Shown here in pieces: positions 49,577 to 58,990 of a stretch of DNA of 64,000 nt (position 1 is the first letter of the stretch; the number at the start of each line of letters is the position of its first letter). The position numbers and the translations under genes were made by a program. The DNA comes from a bacterium (GTDB lineage: Bacteria > UBA8248). Under the pieces are notes generated by a model, which was given only the letters and a program-made list of their open reading frames with translations, was not told where the DNA came from and searched no databases. The DNA is taken from positions 2,848,001-2,912,000 of the forward strand of contig OZ253442.1 of the NCBI GenBank assembly GCA_965261085.1. The letters are read 5' to 3'.

Positions 49577-50614
49577 TCAAGCCGATTCGAGCGCCGCTTC
49601 GACCTTGCGCGCCACGTCGGCCGGAACCCAGTTCTTCCAGACCTTGTTGGTCTTCAAGAAATGGATCGCGGTGGCCGCGGCGTCGCCGCCGGCTTTTTTT
49701 TCGAGATAGGAGAGCATCTTCGAGACGAGCTCGGACGAGAGGACGTACTTCTCGATGAAGGCGACGGCCTCGGGGTTTTCGGCCGCGAACTTCGCCGTGA
49801 CCGACTTCAGAAGCGCCATCGTCCGGTAGGCGGTCGCCTTCTTGGGATTCCCCATCGCCTCCACCCCGCCCTTCTTGAGCGCGTTCGCGTGTTTCATCAT
49901 CTCGTCCCAGTCGGCCTCGCTCCACGCAGGCTCCTCGAGCTGGACGAGGTCGAGTTGTCCCAGGAGCGGCGTCGGCGCCCAGTAATAGGCCAGGATCGGC
50001 TTTTTCTTGAGATACGCACCCTTGATGGCCGCCGCGAGCGCGCCGCCCGAGCCGGGCCGGAAATTGGTGAAGTGTTTTTCCAGCCCGTAGGCGCGCAGCT
50101 TCACCGTGTTGATGACCTCGCACGCCCAACCGGGTATGCAGTTCACGAACCGGCCCTTGGAGGGTTCTTCAGGGTCCTTGAAGAGGCGCTTGTACTTCGC
50201 CAGATCGTAAACCGATTTAAGGCCCGGGTTCGCCTTCTGGACGTAGCGCGGTATGAACCAGCCCTGAATGCTGTCGGGCGTGTTGACGCCCAGCATCTTG
50301 ACCTTGCCGCTCTTCATGGCGAGGTCGTACTGATCCTTCGTGCTGTCGTACCAAAGCTCCATGATCAGGTCGTTCTTCCCCTCGTAGTGGGCCGCCATGG
50401 TCGGCAGCGTGCCGCCGTAGATGAGCCGCACCCGGCAGCCGTAACCGTGCTTCAGGATGAAGGCCACCACCTGATCGTGAAAATTGGCGCTGTCCCAGTT
50501 CAGGTCGCCGATACGAACACTGCAGGCGGCGTCCGCTCTGCCGGGGCCGGAGACGAGAAGCGCCGGCCCGATGATGACGATGAAAACGACGATAATCAAA
50601 AACTTGAGCTTCAT
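49577..50614 (-). CDS. Glycine betaine/histidine-type ABC substrate-binding protein (OpuAC/ProX family)
   Basis: LNWDSA, ILKHGYGC, ELW, FKDPEEPSKGRF.NC.PGW.C, PGSG.AL, YYWAPT; start MKLKF at 50614 after GGAGG. Confidence 0.88.
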   Translation of the reverse strand: MKLKFLIIVVFIVIIGPALLVSGPGRADAACSVRIGDLNWDSANFHDQVVAFILKHGYGCRVRLIYGGTLPTMAAHYEGKNDLIMELWYDSTKDQYDLAMKSGKVKMLGVNTPDSIQGWFIPRYVQKANPGLKSVYDLAKYKRLFKDPEEPSKGRFVNCIPGWACEVINTVKLRAYGLEKHFTNFRPGSGGALAAAIKGAYLKKKPILAYYWAPTPLLGQLDLVQLEEPAWSEADWDEMMKHANALKKGGVEAMGNPKKATAYRTMALLKSVTAKFAAENPEAVAFIEKYVLSSELVSKMLSYLEKKAGGDAAATAIHFLKTNKVWKNWVPADVARKVEAALESA

Positions 50615-50768
50615 GACCGGCCTCCGATGTGTAGGCATTCCGGACGGGATGCCCTCCACTTGTGCATGCGGGTTTTTGGAAGATGAAAATATAGGACGCA
50701 GACCCTGCAAGTCAAACCTGTGGAAATTAGGCTTTGAGTGTAGGGTGTGTGATGAGAGATTGGGAATC

Positions 50769-50937
50769 ACTCCCCCCTTGAGGGTCAAACCCGATTGAGG
50801 AATGAGGGATTGTCGGTGAGGTAAGGGCGTAAGCCCGTAAGCGAACCGGTGGGGGGAGTTTTATTTGAGAATCGCCCCCCACCGCATCAGCCTCGTCCAA
50901 GGACTCGGCTTCTGCGACTCCCCCTCAAGGGGGGAGT
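50769..50937. mobile_element. REPIN/MITE-like element, copy D
   Basis: Same ends, with the left palindrome interrupted by the micro-element at 50784-50812; left arm as in copy C, right arm as in A/B. Confidence 0.8.
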
Positions 50938-51144
50938 GATTCCGAATACCTAGTTTTTTCTACTTGCCGACGAACTCCCCATTTCGGAGAAGCCCGATCC
51001 CTAAAGGGGGGAATAATTCCCAACTTTGCGTCACGCCCCCCTCCCCCGCCCGCGCTTCCCAAAGGCGCGCGCAGCCTGTAGATTAAAAGCCGTCAATTTT
51101 AGGCCCACAACACCCTGAGAACGCCTCATCGCCCCGAGAACCGG

Positions 51145-52029
51145 ATGAACCCCCAGCTCATCGCCGCATCCTACGCCATGTCCACCGCGGTGGTTTTCGC
51201 CACCTTCAGCGTGTTCATCAGAAAGGGCAGCGAGCACGCCAACGCGCTCACGGGCGTTTTCATCGGCATGTTCAGCTCCCTGCCCGTGATGATCGCCATC
51301 ACCTGGTATTACTGGGAGCCGGAATGGTGGAATCTCCCTGCGTTTTTCTACTTCACGCTGGCGGGGCTCACGGGGCCGGCCATGTCGCGCGTGTTCCTTT
51401 ACCTGAGCATCTCCTATCTGGGCGTCGCGCGCGCCATGCCGTTCGTCTCGCTGACTCCTTTGTTCTCCACCTCGCTCGCCATCATGTTCATCGGCGAAAG
51501 TCCGGGCGTGCTCATCCTGGCGGGCACCATCTCCATCGTGCTGGGCAGCATCACGCTCAGCTACAAGAAGCCCGAGGACACCTCCTGGCAGCGAAAACAC
51601 CTCTGGCTCGCGTTTGGGAGCGCCGTCACCGCAGCCCTCTCGTTTCTCTTTAGAAAACTCGCCTTCGCCTACGTCGCGGCCCCCATCATGGGCGCCACGC
51701 TTTCTACGCTGACGGGGTTCATCTTTCTCGTCACCTTCATCCCGTTTTTCCCGAAAGATCAAAAACCAAACCAGTTCCACGTCCCCAGGGCATGGCTCAT
51801 CTACGGCTGGTGCGGGCTGCTGAACGCATTAGGGTTTTTCCTGCATTTCACCGCCATCAGCATGGGCGATCTCTCGGTCGTGGCGCCCCTCACCTCGACG
51901 GCCCCCATCTTCAGCCTCACCATGAGCTTCTTCCTGCTCAGGCGCATGGAGCGCATCACGCCCACCATCATCATCGGCACGGCCTGCATGGTGATCGGCG
52001 CCGCCCTCATCGGCTGGCGCATCCGCTGA
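51145..52029 (+). CDS. DMT/EamA-family transporter
   Basis: About 10 TM helices, GVARA.P, GE.P, GDLSVVAPL.ST.P.F. Confidence 0.88.
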   Translation: MNPQLIAASYAMSTAVVFATFSVFIRKGSEHANALTGVFIGMFSSLPVMIAITWYYWEPEWWNLPAFFYFTLAGLTGPAMSRVFLYLSISYLGVARAMPFVSLTPLFSTSLAIMFIGESPGVLILAGTISIVLGSITLSYKKPEDTSWQRKHLWLAFGSAVTAALSFLFRKLAFAYVAAPIMGATLSTLTGFIFLVTFIPFFPKDQKPNQFHVPRAWLIYGWCGLLNALGFFLHFTAISMGDLSVVAPLTSTAPIFSLTMSFFLLRRMERITPTIIIGTACMVIGAALIGWRIR

Positions 52030-52062
52030 GAAAGCGCAACGTTGAGGAAGTTATTGAAAACG

Positions 52063-52416
52063 TAGTGGCAGCCTCTCCTTGGGGCTGCCCCACAGGCCCC
52101 TGTGCCTGTCCGCGTGTTTTCTTTCTCATCGGAGCGTACCTCACCCGTAGGGGCGGTTCGCGAACCGCCCCTACCCACACAAAAAAGCGCGAACCCTTCC
52201 ACTCCGGGCAGGCTTGCCCCCAAAAGTCGTCATTCCGGCGAATGCCGGAATCTAGAACCGATGAATTTCCCGTCCGCTTGGATTCCGGCATTCGCCGGAA
52301 TGACGGTAATCTTGGATTTAGAGATCGTAGTAACAGGCTCTTTTGCCCCTCCGCATCGAACACACTGGCGAAGGACAACCACGGGGGGCAGAACAACCCA
52401 GAAGGGTTGTCCCTAC
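52063..52416. repeat. REP cluster: GTAG palindromes and an inverted dRS3/NTS-like pair
   Basis: Perfect GTAGGGGCGGTTCGCGAACCGCCCCTAC (52147-52174); GTCATTCCGGCGAATGCCGGAATCTAG (52229) and GGATTCCGGCATTCGCCGGAATGAC (ends 52304). Confidence 0.8.
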
Positions 52417-52639
52417 GAAAATCCAGGACATCTGGAACCACGGGCTCATCTGCACCCCCGCTGACTGCGCCTCCCTGCGCAGACGGTGAAAAACATCGCC
52501 CAATCGCTGAAATTTCCGCTACAATGACTCGCGCGCACCGTGGGGGAGAAGGTGCGCGCGCGCGAAGGTCACCTCTCGTTCCACCCCCCTTGCGCGAATG
52601 ACGGGCGGGAGCGAAATTCAGGGAAGGAGGGGCCATTAT

Positions 52640-53869
52640 ATGCTGTTTCGATTCTCTCTATACGGCTTCCTCAAGAACCAGACCTATTTCGAGCCCTTCC
52701 TCATCCTCGCTTTTTTGGAAAAAGACCTCTCCTTCTTCCAGATAGGCATCCTCATCGGCTTCCGCGAGGTGTGCATCAATATTTTTGAGATCCCCAGCGG
52801 CGCGGTGGCCGATCTGTACGGCAGAAGACGCTCGATGATCTTCTCGTTTCTCGCCTACATCGCCTCGTTCCTCGTCTTTGGCTATTCGACTTCCTTCGCA
52901 GCCCTGTTCCTCGCCATGTTCGCCTTCGCTCTCGGCGATTCGTTCCGCACCGGGACGCACAAGGCGATGATCTTCGAGTGGCTCAGGATTCAGGGCCGCG
53001 AAAGCGAGCGCACCCAGGTCTACGGGTTCACGCGCTCGTGGTCGAAGATGGGCTCGGCCGTCTCGGTCGTGGTCGCGAGCGCGTTCATTTTCACCGGCGC
53101 GCGCTATAGCGACATCTTCCTGCTCGCCGTCATCCCCTACGCGCTAAACATCGTGAACTTCATGGGCTACCCCAAAGAACTCGAAGGCATACGCGCGGCG
53201 GATACGAAAATCCCCAGCGTCTGGGCGCATCTGAAGGACTCCATGCGCATGGCCTTTACCGACAAGCCGCTGCGCGGCATCCTGGTCGAATCGATGAGCT
53301 ATGAGGGCACCTACAAGGTCGCCAAGGACTACATCCAGCCCGTCATCAAGCAGGCCGCCCTCGGCCTGGCCCTGCTCGCCACCTGGCACCAGCAACAGCG
53401 CGTGGCCATTCTCGTGGGAGCGGTCTACTTCGTCCTGCACCTGCTCTCGAGCTTCGCCTCGCGCGGAGGCCACCGCCTCGTCGCCGCCACGGGATCCGAG
53501 GAAGCCGCCGCGAAAACGCTCTGGGGCGCCACCGCCCTCATCTACGCCACCCTCGCCTGGGGGCTCTGGACGGGTTGGGAATCGGTGGTCATCGCGGGCT
53601 TCGTCGCCCTGGCCGTCCTGCAGAATTTCTGGCGCCCCGTGCTCATCAGCCGCATCGACGCCCACAGCACGCCCGAGGCCGGCGCGACGATACTCTCCGT
53701 GGAAGCGCAGAGCAAATCTGTCCTCGCCATGGGTCTCGCCCCTCTCATCGGCCTTTGCGTGGACTTGTTCGGCCTCGTGGGGATGGGCGTCGTCGCCATG
53801 CTGCTCACGCTGCCCTTCGCCCTCACGAGCCTCGGCGGTACGCGAGAGAGAGCGGTTCACCAGCCCTAG
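52640..53869 (+). CDS. MFS transporter
   Basis: FSLYGFLKN..YFEPF, EIPSGAVADLYGRR, FRTGTHKAMI; about 12 TM helices. Confidence 0.88.
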   Translation: MLFRFSLYGFLKNQTYFEPFLILAFLEKDLSFFQIGILIGFREVCINIFEIPSGAVADLYGRRRSMIFSFLAYIASFLVFGYSTSFAALFLAMFAFALGDSFRTGTHKAMIFEWLRIQGRESERTQVYGFTRSWSKMGSAVSVVVASAFIFTGARYSDIFLLAVIPYALNIVNFMGYPKELEGIRAADTKIPSVWAHLKDSMRMAFTDKPLRGILVESMSYEGTYKVAKDYIQPVIKQAALGLALLATWHQQQRVAILVGAVYFVLHLLSSFASRGGHRLVAATGSEEAAAKTLWGATALIYATLAWGLWTGWESVVIAGFVALAVLQNFWRPVLISRIDAHSTPEAGATILSVEAQSKSVLAMGLAPLIGLCVDLFGLVGMGVVAMLLTLPFALTSLGGTRERAVHQP

Positions 53870-54010
53870 TCGAACAAATCCACACAAATACATGGATTCA
53901 CCCGTAATGGAATGATAGAGTCGACGCAATTTCTTGAGTGGTTCGGCTCAAAACCACCGTTTGTGGGCAGAAGGCGAGTGAACGAAGGTGCGGCCCGCAA
54001 GGAGCACGTC

Positions 54011-55168
54011 GTGAGCGATGCCGAGAATCGAGAAGATTTGCAGATAACCCTCGGGGTGGAGGAGGAGTTCTTTCTCGTCGATCCCGACTCCCGCGACCTC
54101 ATCGCCGATCCCGACCCGGCCATCTTCGAAGCCTGCGAGGCCGGCATCGGGCCGCACAAGGTCACCCGGGAGGTGCTCCGCCCCCAGATCGAGACCAACA
54201 CACGGGTATGCGCTTCGGTGGCCGAGGCGCGCGAGGCGCTGCGCGAGACCCGGCGAATCGTCATCGAGGCGGCGGAGGCGCACGGAGCCGCGGTGCTCGG
54301 CTCCTCCACCCATCCCTTCGCGCAGTGGCGCGATCTGACGGTCACGCCCAAGGAGCGCTACACGCGCTTCCTGATGACGTTCCAGGAAACCATGCGCCGC
54401 ATGGTCATCGGCGGAATGCACATTCACGCGGGCTTCGGCGACCCGGAATCGCGCATCCGGATCATGACGGCCATCCGCCGTTATCTGCCCGCGATACACG
54501 CGCTCTCAACCTCCTCACCCTTCAACAGCGGACGCGACACGGGGTACAAGTCCTATCGCCTGAATCTCATCGGCAACCTTCCGCGCACCAATCTGCCACC
54601 CCCGCTGCGCTCCCGGACGGAGTACGAGGAAATCGTCTCCGAATACCAGCGAATGAATTTCATCGAAACCGGCAGCGAAATCTGGTGGGACGTCCGCCCC
54701 GCCTACGCTTTCCCGACGCTGGAGCTTCGCATCTGCGACATCTGCCCCAGGATGGAGGACGCCATCTCCATCACGGCGCTTTACGCCTCACTCCTGCGGT
54801 GGCTCATGCGACAGGACGAGGCGGGCGCGCTTCCGCCCGAACCGCTCACCGAGATCATTGCGGAAAACCGCTGGGTCGCCCATCGCTACGGCACGCTTTC
54901 TTTCTTCGGCGATGCGGCCAGCGAGAGCGGGCGGGTGGACATCGACGACTTCATGCACGAACTCGTCGAGAAACTCACGCCCGACGCCCGCGCGCTGGAA
55001 TGCGAGATGGAGCTGCGCCACACGCTCACCATCATCCGCGAGGGCAGCGGCGCGGACCGCCAGGCCGACCTCTACCGCCTCAGGCGCCTGGAGGGCGACA
55101 CGGAAGAAGAGGCGCTGCGCTGCGTGGTGGACCTGGTGCTCGCCGAAACCAAAGAGGGGGTGTTCTGA
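54011..55168 (+). CDS. Carboxylate-amine ligase (YbdK/GCS2 family)
   Basis: TLGVEEEFFLVD, QIE..T, THPF, GMHIH, SSPF..G.DTG..SYR, WWDVRP, TLELRICD; GTG start after AAGGAG. Confidence 0.92.
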   Translation: MSDAENREDLQITLGVEEEFFLVDPDSRDLIADPDPAIFEACEAGIGPHKVTREVLRPQIETNTRVCASVAEAREALRETRRIVIEAAEAHGAAVLGSSTHPFAQWRDLTVTPKERYTRFLMTFQETMRRMVIGGMHIHAGFGDPESRIRIMTAIRRYLPAIHALSTSSPFNSGRDTGYKSYRLNLIGNLPRTNLPPPLRSRTEYEEIVSEYQRMNFIETGSEIWWDVRPAYAFPTLELRICDICPRMEDAISITALYASLLRWLMRQDEAGALPPEPLTEIIAENRWVAHRYGTLSFFGDAASESGRVDIDDFMHELVEKLTPDARALECEMELRHTLTIIREGSGADRQADLYRLRRLEGDTEEEALRCVVDLVLAETKEGVF

Positions 55169-55296
55169 GCTTCAGCCGGGAGGAGATACACTCTTTCGAC
55201 CCGGTCGCATCCCTCACCCTAGAAACCCCGCTCGGTTTGACCATCCGAGTCAAAACAAACTAGACTGCGCTCATCCAACATTTAAGAGCGGGAGCG

Positions 55297-55827
55297 TTGC
55301 CTGTCTCCCCGCGCAAGACGGGAAAGCCAATCGTGCGAAACATCGAACGAAATCTCTCATGGCTGCTTCTGCTCGCGCTCACTTTGATGCTCACGGCCCA
55401 GATCATCGCGCGCTACGTTTTCTACACCTCCATCAACTGGATTGAAGAGTTTTCGCGCATCGTCTTCGTCTGGTTCATCTATCTTTCGATCAGTTGGATC
55501 ATAATTCAGGGCCGGCACATTCGCGTCACTGCGCTCGACATGATCCTGCCGGATTTATGGAAGTCGTCGTTCTCCATCTTCGCCGACCTCCTTTGGCTCT
55601 GCTTCAATATCATCATGACCTACTACGGCGCTCTTTTCGTCTGGAGTGAAATCGAGCATTATTCGGAAACCGACGTTCTCGAAATTCCGGAAGCGATCGT
55701 TCACGGCATCATCCCCGTCGGCTTCGCTCTCATGACGATTCGCCTCGCCTTACACATGTATCGGGTCTACGTCCTGGGCGGACCCGAGGTGCTCTACCAA
55801 ACAGAAAAGCTGGATGAAGAAGTATGA
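55297..55827 (+). CDS. TRAP transporter small permease (DctQ)
   Basis: QIIARY.F...I.W.EE..R..FVW, HIRV; 4 TM helices; start may be GTG 55333. Confidence 0.9.
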   Translation: MPVSPRKTGKPIVRNIERNLSWLLLLALTLMLTAQIIARYVFYTSINWIEEFSRIVFVWFIYLSISWIIIQGRHIRVTALDMILPDLWKSSFSIFADLLWLCFNIIMTYYGALFVWSEIEHYSETDVLEIPEAIVHGIIPVGFALMTIRLALHMYRVYVLGGPEVLYQTEKLDEEV

Positions 55828-57110
55828 ATATACCCCTCATCCTGCTCGGTTCGCTGGCCGTATTCCTGGCGTTGCGCGTACCCATCGGCATCGCCCTCGG
55901 CGCCGCGTCGGTCCTCACCTATTGGCTGACGGATTTGCCGTTGGAGAGTCTCGCCCTCTCCTACTACGACGGGCTGGATAAATTTCCATTCATCGCCGTG
56001 CCCATGTTCCTCCTGGCGGGCGCGCTCATGGAAAAAGGCGGCATCAGCAAGAGGCTGATCTCGGTGGCCGACTGCCTGGTGGGAAACGTCCGGGGCGGCC
56101 TCGCCCACGTCACCATACTCGCGTGCATGCTCTTTTCCGCCATCTCGGGCTCCGGCCCGGCCACGACGGCCGCCGTGGGGGGCATCATGATCCCCACCAT
56201 GCTCCGCCGCCATTATGACAGAAATTACTCGGGGGCAGTATCGGCATGCGGCGGCACGCTGGGAATCCTGATTCCTCCGAGCGGAGCCCTCATCGTATAC
56301 GGTGTGAGCGCGGACGAGTCCGTCACGCGCTTGTTCGTTGCGGGTTTTCTGCCCGGCATCTTGCTGGGCTGCATGCTGATGATCTGCGCGTCCTTCATGG
56401 CGCGCCACAAAACGCCGAACGAGCCGGGCGAGCCGTTCGACCTCGCTCGGACACTGCGCACGGTATGGGACTCCCGCTGGGCGCTGATGGCGCCGGTCGT
56501 GATTCTCGGCGGCATCTACGGCGGCTTTGTGACGCCGACGGAGAGCGCCGTCATCGCCGTGCTATATGGCTACGGGATCGGTGCTTTCGTGTACAAGGAA
56601 CTGAACTGGAAGACGACGCTGGACTGCTTGGAGATCGCTTCGCTCATCACCGGAACCATCGCCATCATCTGGGGGGCGTCGCTGGCTTATGGGGAGTTGA
56701 TCACCATCCACCAGATCCCCCAGATGGTCACCGCGTTCATCAAAAGCCTGACGACGTCGCCCTTCCTCATCCTCATCTTGATCAGCCTCTTTCTCACTTT
56801 CGTGGGGATGTGGCTCAACACGATGGCGCAGATCATCATCCTGACGCCGCTGTTCCTCCCCGTCGTCAAGTCCGTGGGGATAGACCCCATCCACTTCGGC
56901 ATCGTTTTCGTGGTGAATTGCGAGATCGGCTATCTTACGCCGCCATTGGGGACGAGTCTGTTCGTCGCCCTGGGCATCGCGGACACGACGCTGGGCGCCA
57001 TCGCCAAGGCCGTCCTGCCCTTCATCGCGACGATGTTCTTAGCCGTTCTCATTTTCTCGTACTTCCCCAGCATCTCCCTCATCCTGCCGAATCTGCTCTT
57101 CGGCAGATGA
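55824..57110 (+). CDS. TRAP transporter large permease (DctM)
   Basis: AVPMFLLAG.LM..GG, AISGSG.AT, LIPPS, TPTE.A, IDPIHFG, TPP.G..LFV; ATGA overlap with dctQ. Confidence 0.95.
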   Translation: MNIPLILLGSLAVFLALRVPIGIALGAASVLTYWLTDLPLESLALSYYDGLDKFPFIAVPMFLLAGALMEKGGISKRLISVADCLVGNVRGGLAHVTILACMLFSAISGSGPATTAAVGGIMIPTMLRRHYDRNYSGAVSACGGTLGILIPPSGALIVYGVSADESVTRLFVAGFLPGILLGCMLMICASFMARHKTPNEPGEPFDLARTLRTVWDSRWALMAPVVILGGIYGGFVTPTESAVIAVLYGYGIGAFVYKELNWKTTLDCLEIASLITGTIAIIWGASLAYGELITIHQIPQMVTAFIKSLTTSPFLILILISLFLTFVGMWLNTMAQIIILTPLFLPVVKSVGIDPIHFGIVFVVNCEIGYLTPPLGTSLFVALGIADTTLGAIAKAVLPFIATMFLAVLIFSYFPSISLILPNLLFGR

Positions 57111-57135
57111 GGAGCAAACCCAAAGGAGGCAAGAC

Positions 57136-58146
57136 ATGCGACATCTGAAAAAAGGTTTCACCATGATCATGGGCGTCATTCTCATCGCGGGTCTGGTCGG
57201 CATCGCCGCTCCCCGGGCAGAGGCCGCCAAGCATGTGATGAAGTTCGCCCACAACAGCCCCCCGAAACCCGACATGCTCTACACGGCAGCCGCCACGACC
57301 TTTCAGAACTACCTGCGCATCTACACCGCTGGGGAAGCCGACGTCCAGATATTCCCCTCCTCCCAACTCGGGAAGGACAGCATCGCCGCGAAGAAGGTCC
57401 AACTCGGATCGGTGCAGATGCAGACGGTCGTGACGAACAATATCTCCCGTTTCGACCGCCGGATAGACGTCTACACGCTTCCCTTCCTCTTCAAGAGCTT
57501 CAGGAGCGCCGCCAAGGTGTTGAACAGCGACATCGGCAAGACAATCGCCGAGAACTACAGGAAGAAATCCGGCATCCGCATCCTGAGTTCCTGGCCGTGC
57601 TCATTCCGAAAAATGGCGAACAGCAAGCACCCCATCCTGAAGCCGTCCGACCTGGGCGACCTCCGCATGCGCATCGCCAAGAACCCGGTCATGGTCGAGA
57701 CCTACAAGTCATTCGGCGGGAGCACCATCGGTATGGCGCCGACCGAGGTCTTCAGCGCCCTCGCCCAGAAGGTCGTCGACGGCCAGGACGGCGGGACGAC
57801 CTGGCAGTGGTCGATGAAGTTCTACGAGGTGCAGAAGTACATGTCGGTCACCAACCATCAATTGACGGTGTGCGTGATCATCATCAACGACAAGTACTTC
57901 AACGGACTCCCCAAGGATATCCAGAAAGGCGTCCAGAAGGCTGCGACCGACAGCACGGATTGGCTGACCGGCTATTCCGAGACTCTCGATAAAGAGCTGG
58001 TCGGCAAGTTCGAAGCCAAGGGCCTCAAAATCGATCGTCCCGACCTCAAGCCCTTCGTAGATGCCGTGAAGCCGGTCTACAAGAAATTCGGCAAGAAGCT
58101 CGGCGGCATGACCCTCATCAACAAGATCCTCGACATGCAAAAATAG
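57136..58146 (+). CDS. TRAP substrate-binding protein (DctP)
   Basis: Signal peptide, FPSSQLG, LPFLF, DL..LRMR, EVFSAL.Q.VVDGQD, FYEVQKY. Confidence 0.92.
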   Translation: MRHLKKGFTMIMGVILIAGLVGIAAPRAEAAKHVMKFAHNSPPKPDMLYTAAATTFQNYLRIYTAGEADVQIFPSSQLGKDSIAAKKVQLGSVQMQTVVTNNISRFDRRIDVYTLPFLFKSFRSAAKVLNSDIGKTIAENYRKKSGIRILSSWPCSFRKMANSKHPILKPSDLGDLRMRIAKNPVMVETYKSFGGSTIGMAPTEVFSALAQKVVDGQDGGTTWQWSMKFYEVQKYMSVTNHQLTVCVIIINDKYFNGLPKDIQKGVQKAATDSTDWLTGYSETLDKELVGKFEAKGLKIDRPDLKPFVDAVKPVYKKFGKKLGGMTLINKILDMQK

Positions 58147-58160
58147 CGGGAACCCCTGCG

Positions 58161-58195
58161 GCGCGCGGCGGCCCCGAGTCGCCGCGCGCTTTTTT
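58161..58195 (+). terminator. Intrinsic terminator after dctP
   Basis: GCGCGCGGCGGC-CCCGA-GTCGCCGCGCGC-TTTTTT. Confidence 0.75.
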
Positions 58196-58216
58196 CTCAA
58201 GAAAAGGATAAGCGCA

Positions 58217-58972
58217 ATGAGCGGTTTTGAGGGACAAAGCGCCATCGTCACGGGCGCGGCAACGGGCATCGGCGAATCCACGGCGAGAATCCTGGCCCAA
58301 AAGGGGGCTGCGGTTACCGTCATGGATTTCGACGCGGAGGGTGCTGCGGCAGTCACCGAATCCATCAACGAAAGCGGAGGTGCTGCTCACTGCGCCGTGG
58401 TCGATCTCACCGACTGGGAGGCGACCCGTACCTCAGTGAACGAGGTTTACAACCGAGCAGGCAGTATTGACGTTCTCGTACACAGCGCGGGCGGCTTTCC
58501 CCAATACGTGGGCCTGCTCGAGTGTCCCGTAGAGGCCTGGGACGGCGTGGTGAACTCGAACCTGAAATCGATGTTCTATCTCCTGAAAGCCGTCGCACCC
58601 CTCATGGTGGCGGCCAAGTACGGGCGATTTGTGACGCTTTCGAGCATGGCCGCGCGCAGCGGCGTGAACCCCAATCCGCCGCACTACACAGCCGCCAAGG
58701 CGGGGGTGCTCGGCCTCACCCGTCAGGCGGCGCGCGAACTGGGGCCGCACGGCGTCACCGTGAACGCCGTGGCCCCGGCCAACGTGCAAACGCCGAGAGG
58801 GCTCAAAATCAGAACGCCCGAGCGCATCGCGCACATCGAGAAATCATCGCCCGTGGGCAGACTCTCAGAACCCCACGAGATTGCGGAAGCCGTCGTCTTT
58901 CTTTGCAGCAAGGAGGCAAGCTACATCACCGGCGTCACGCTGGACGTGAACGGCGGCGCGACGATGGTGTGA
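58217..58972 (+). CDS. SDR oxidoreductase
   Basis: TGAATGIG, YTAAK, VNAVAP, ITG.TLDVNGG. Confidence 0.92.
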   Translation: MSGFEGQSAIVTGAATGIGESTARILAQKGAAVTVMDFDAEGAAAVTESINESGGAAHCAVVDLTDWEATRTSVNEVYNRAGSIDVLVHSAGGFPQYVGLLECPVEAWDGVVNSNLKSMFYLLKAVAPLMVAAKYGRFVTLSSMAARSGVNPNPPHYTAAKAGVLGLTRQAARELGPHGVTVNAVAPANVQTPRGLKIRTPERIAHIEKSSPVGRLSEPHEIAEAVVFLCSKEASYITGVTLDVNGGATMV

Positions 58973-58990
58973 GGAAGGCTCATAGCGGCA

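Noticed and set aside
39566-52636. ORFs running through repeat clusters (e.g. 39905-40207, 41470-41938, 44845-45372, 51792-52636)
   Set aside because: Their translations (PPQGG, PLRG, WIPACAGMT) are just the palindromic repeats read as protein.
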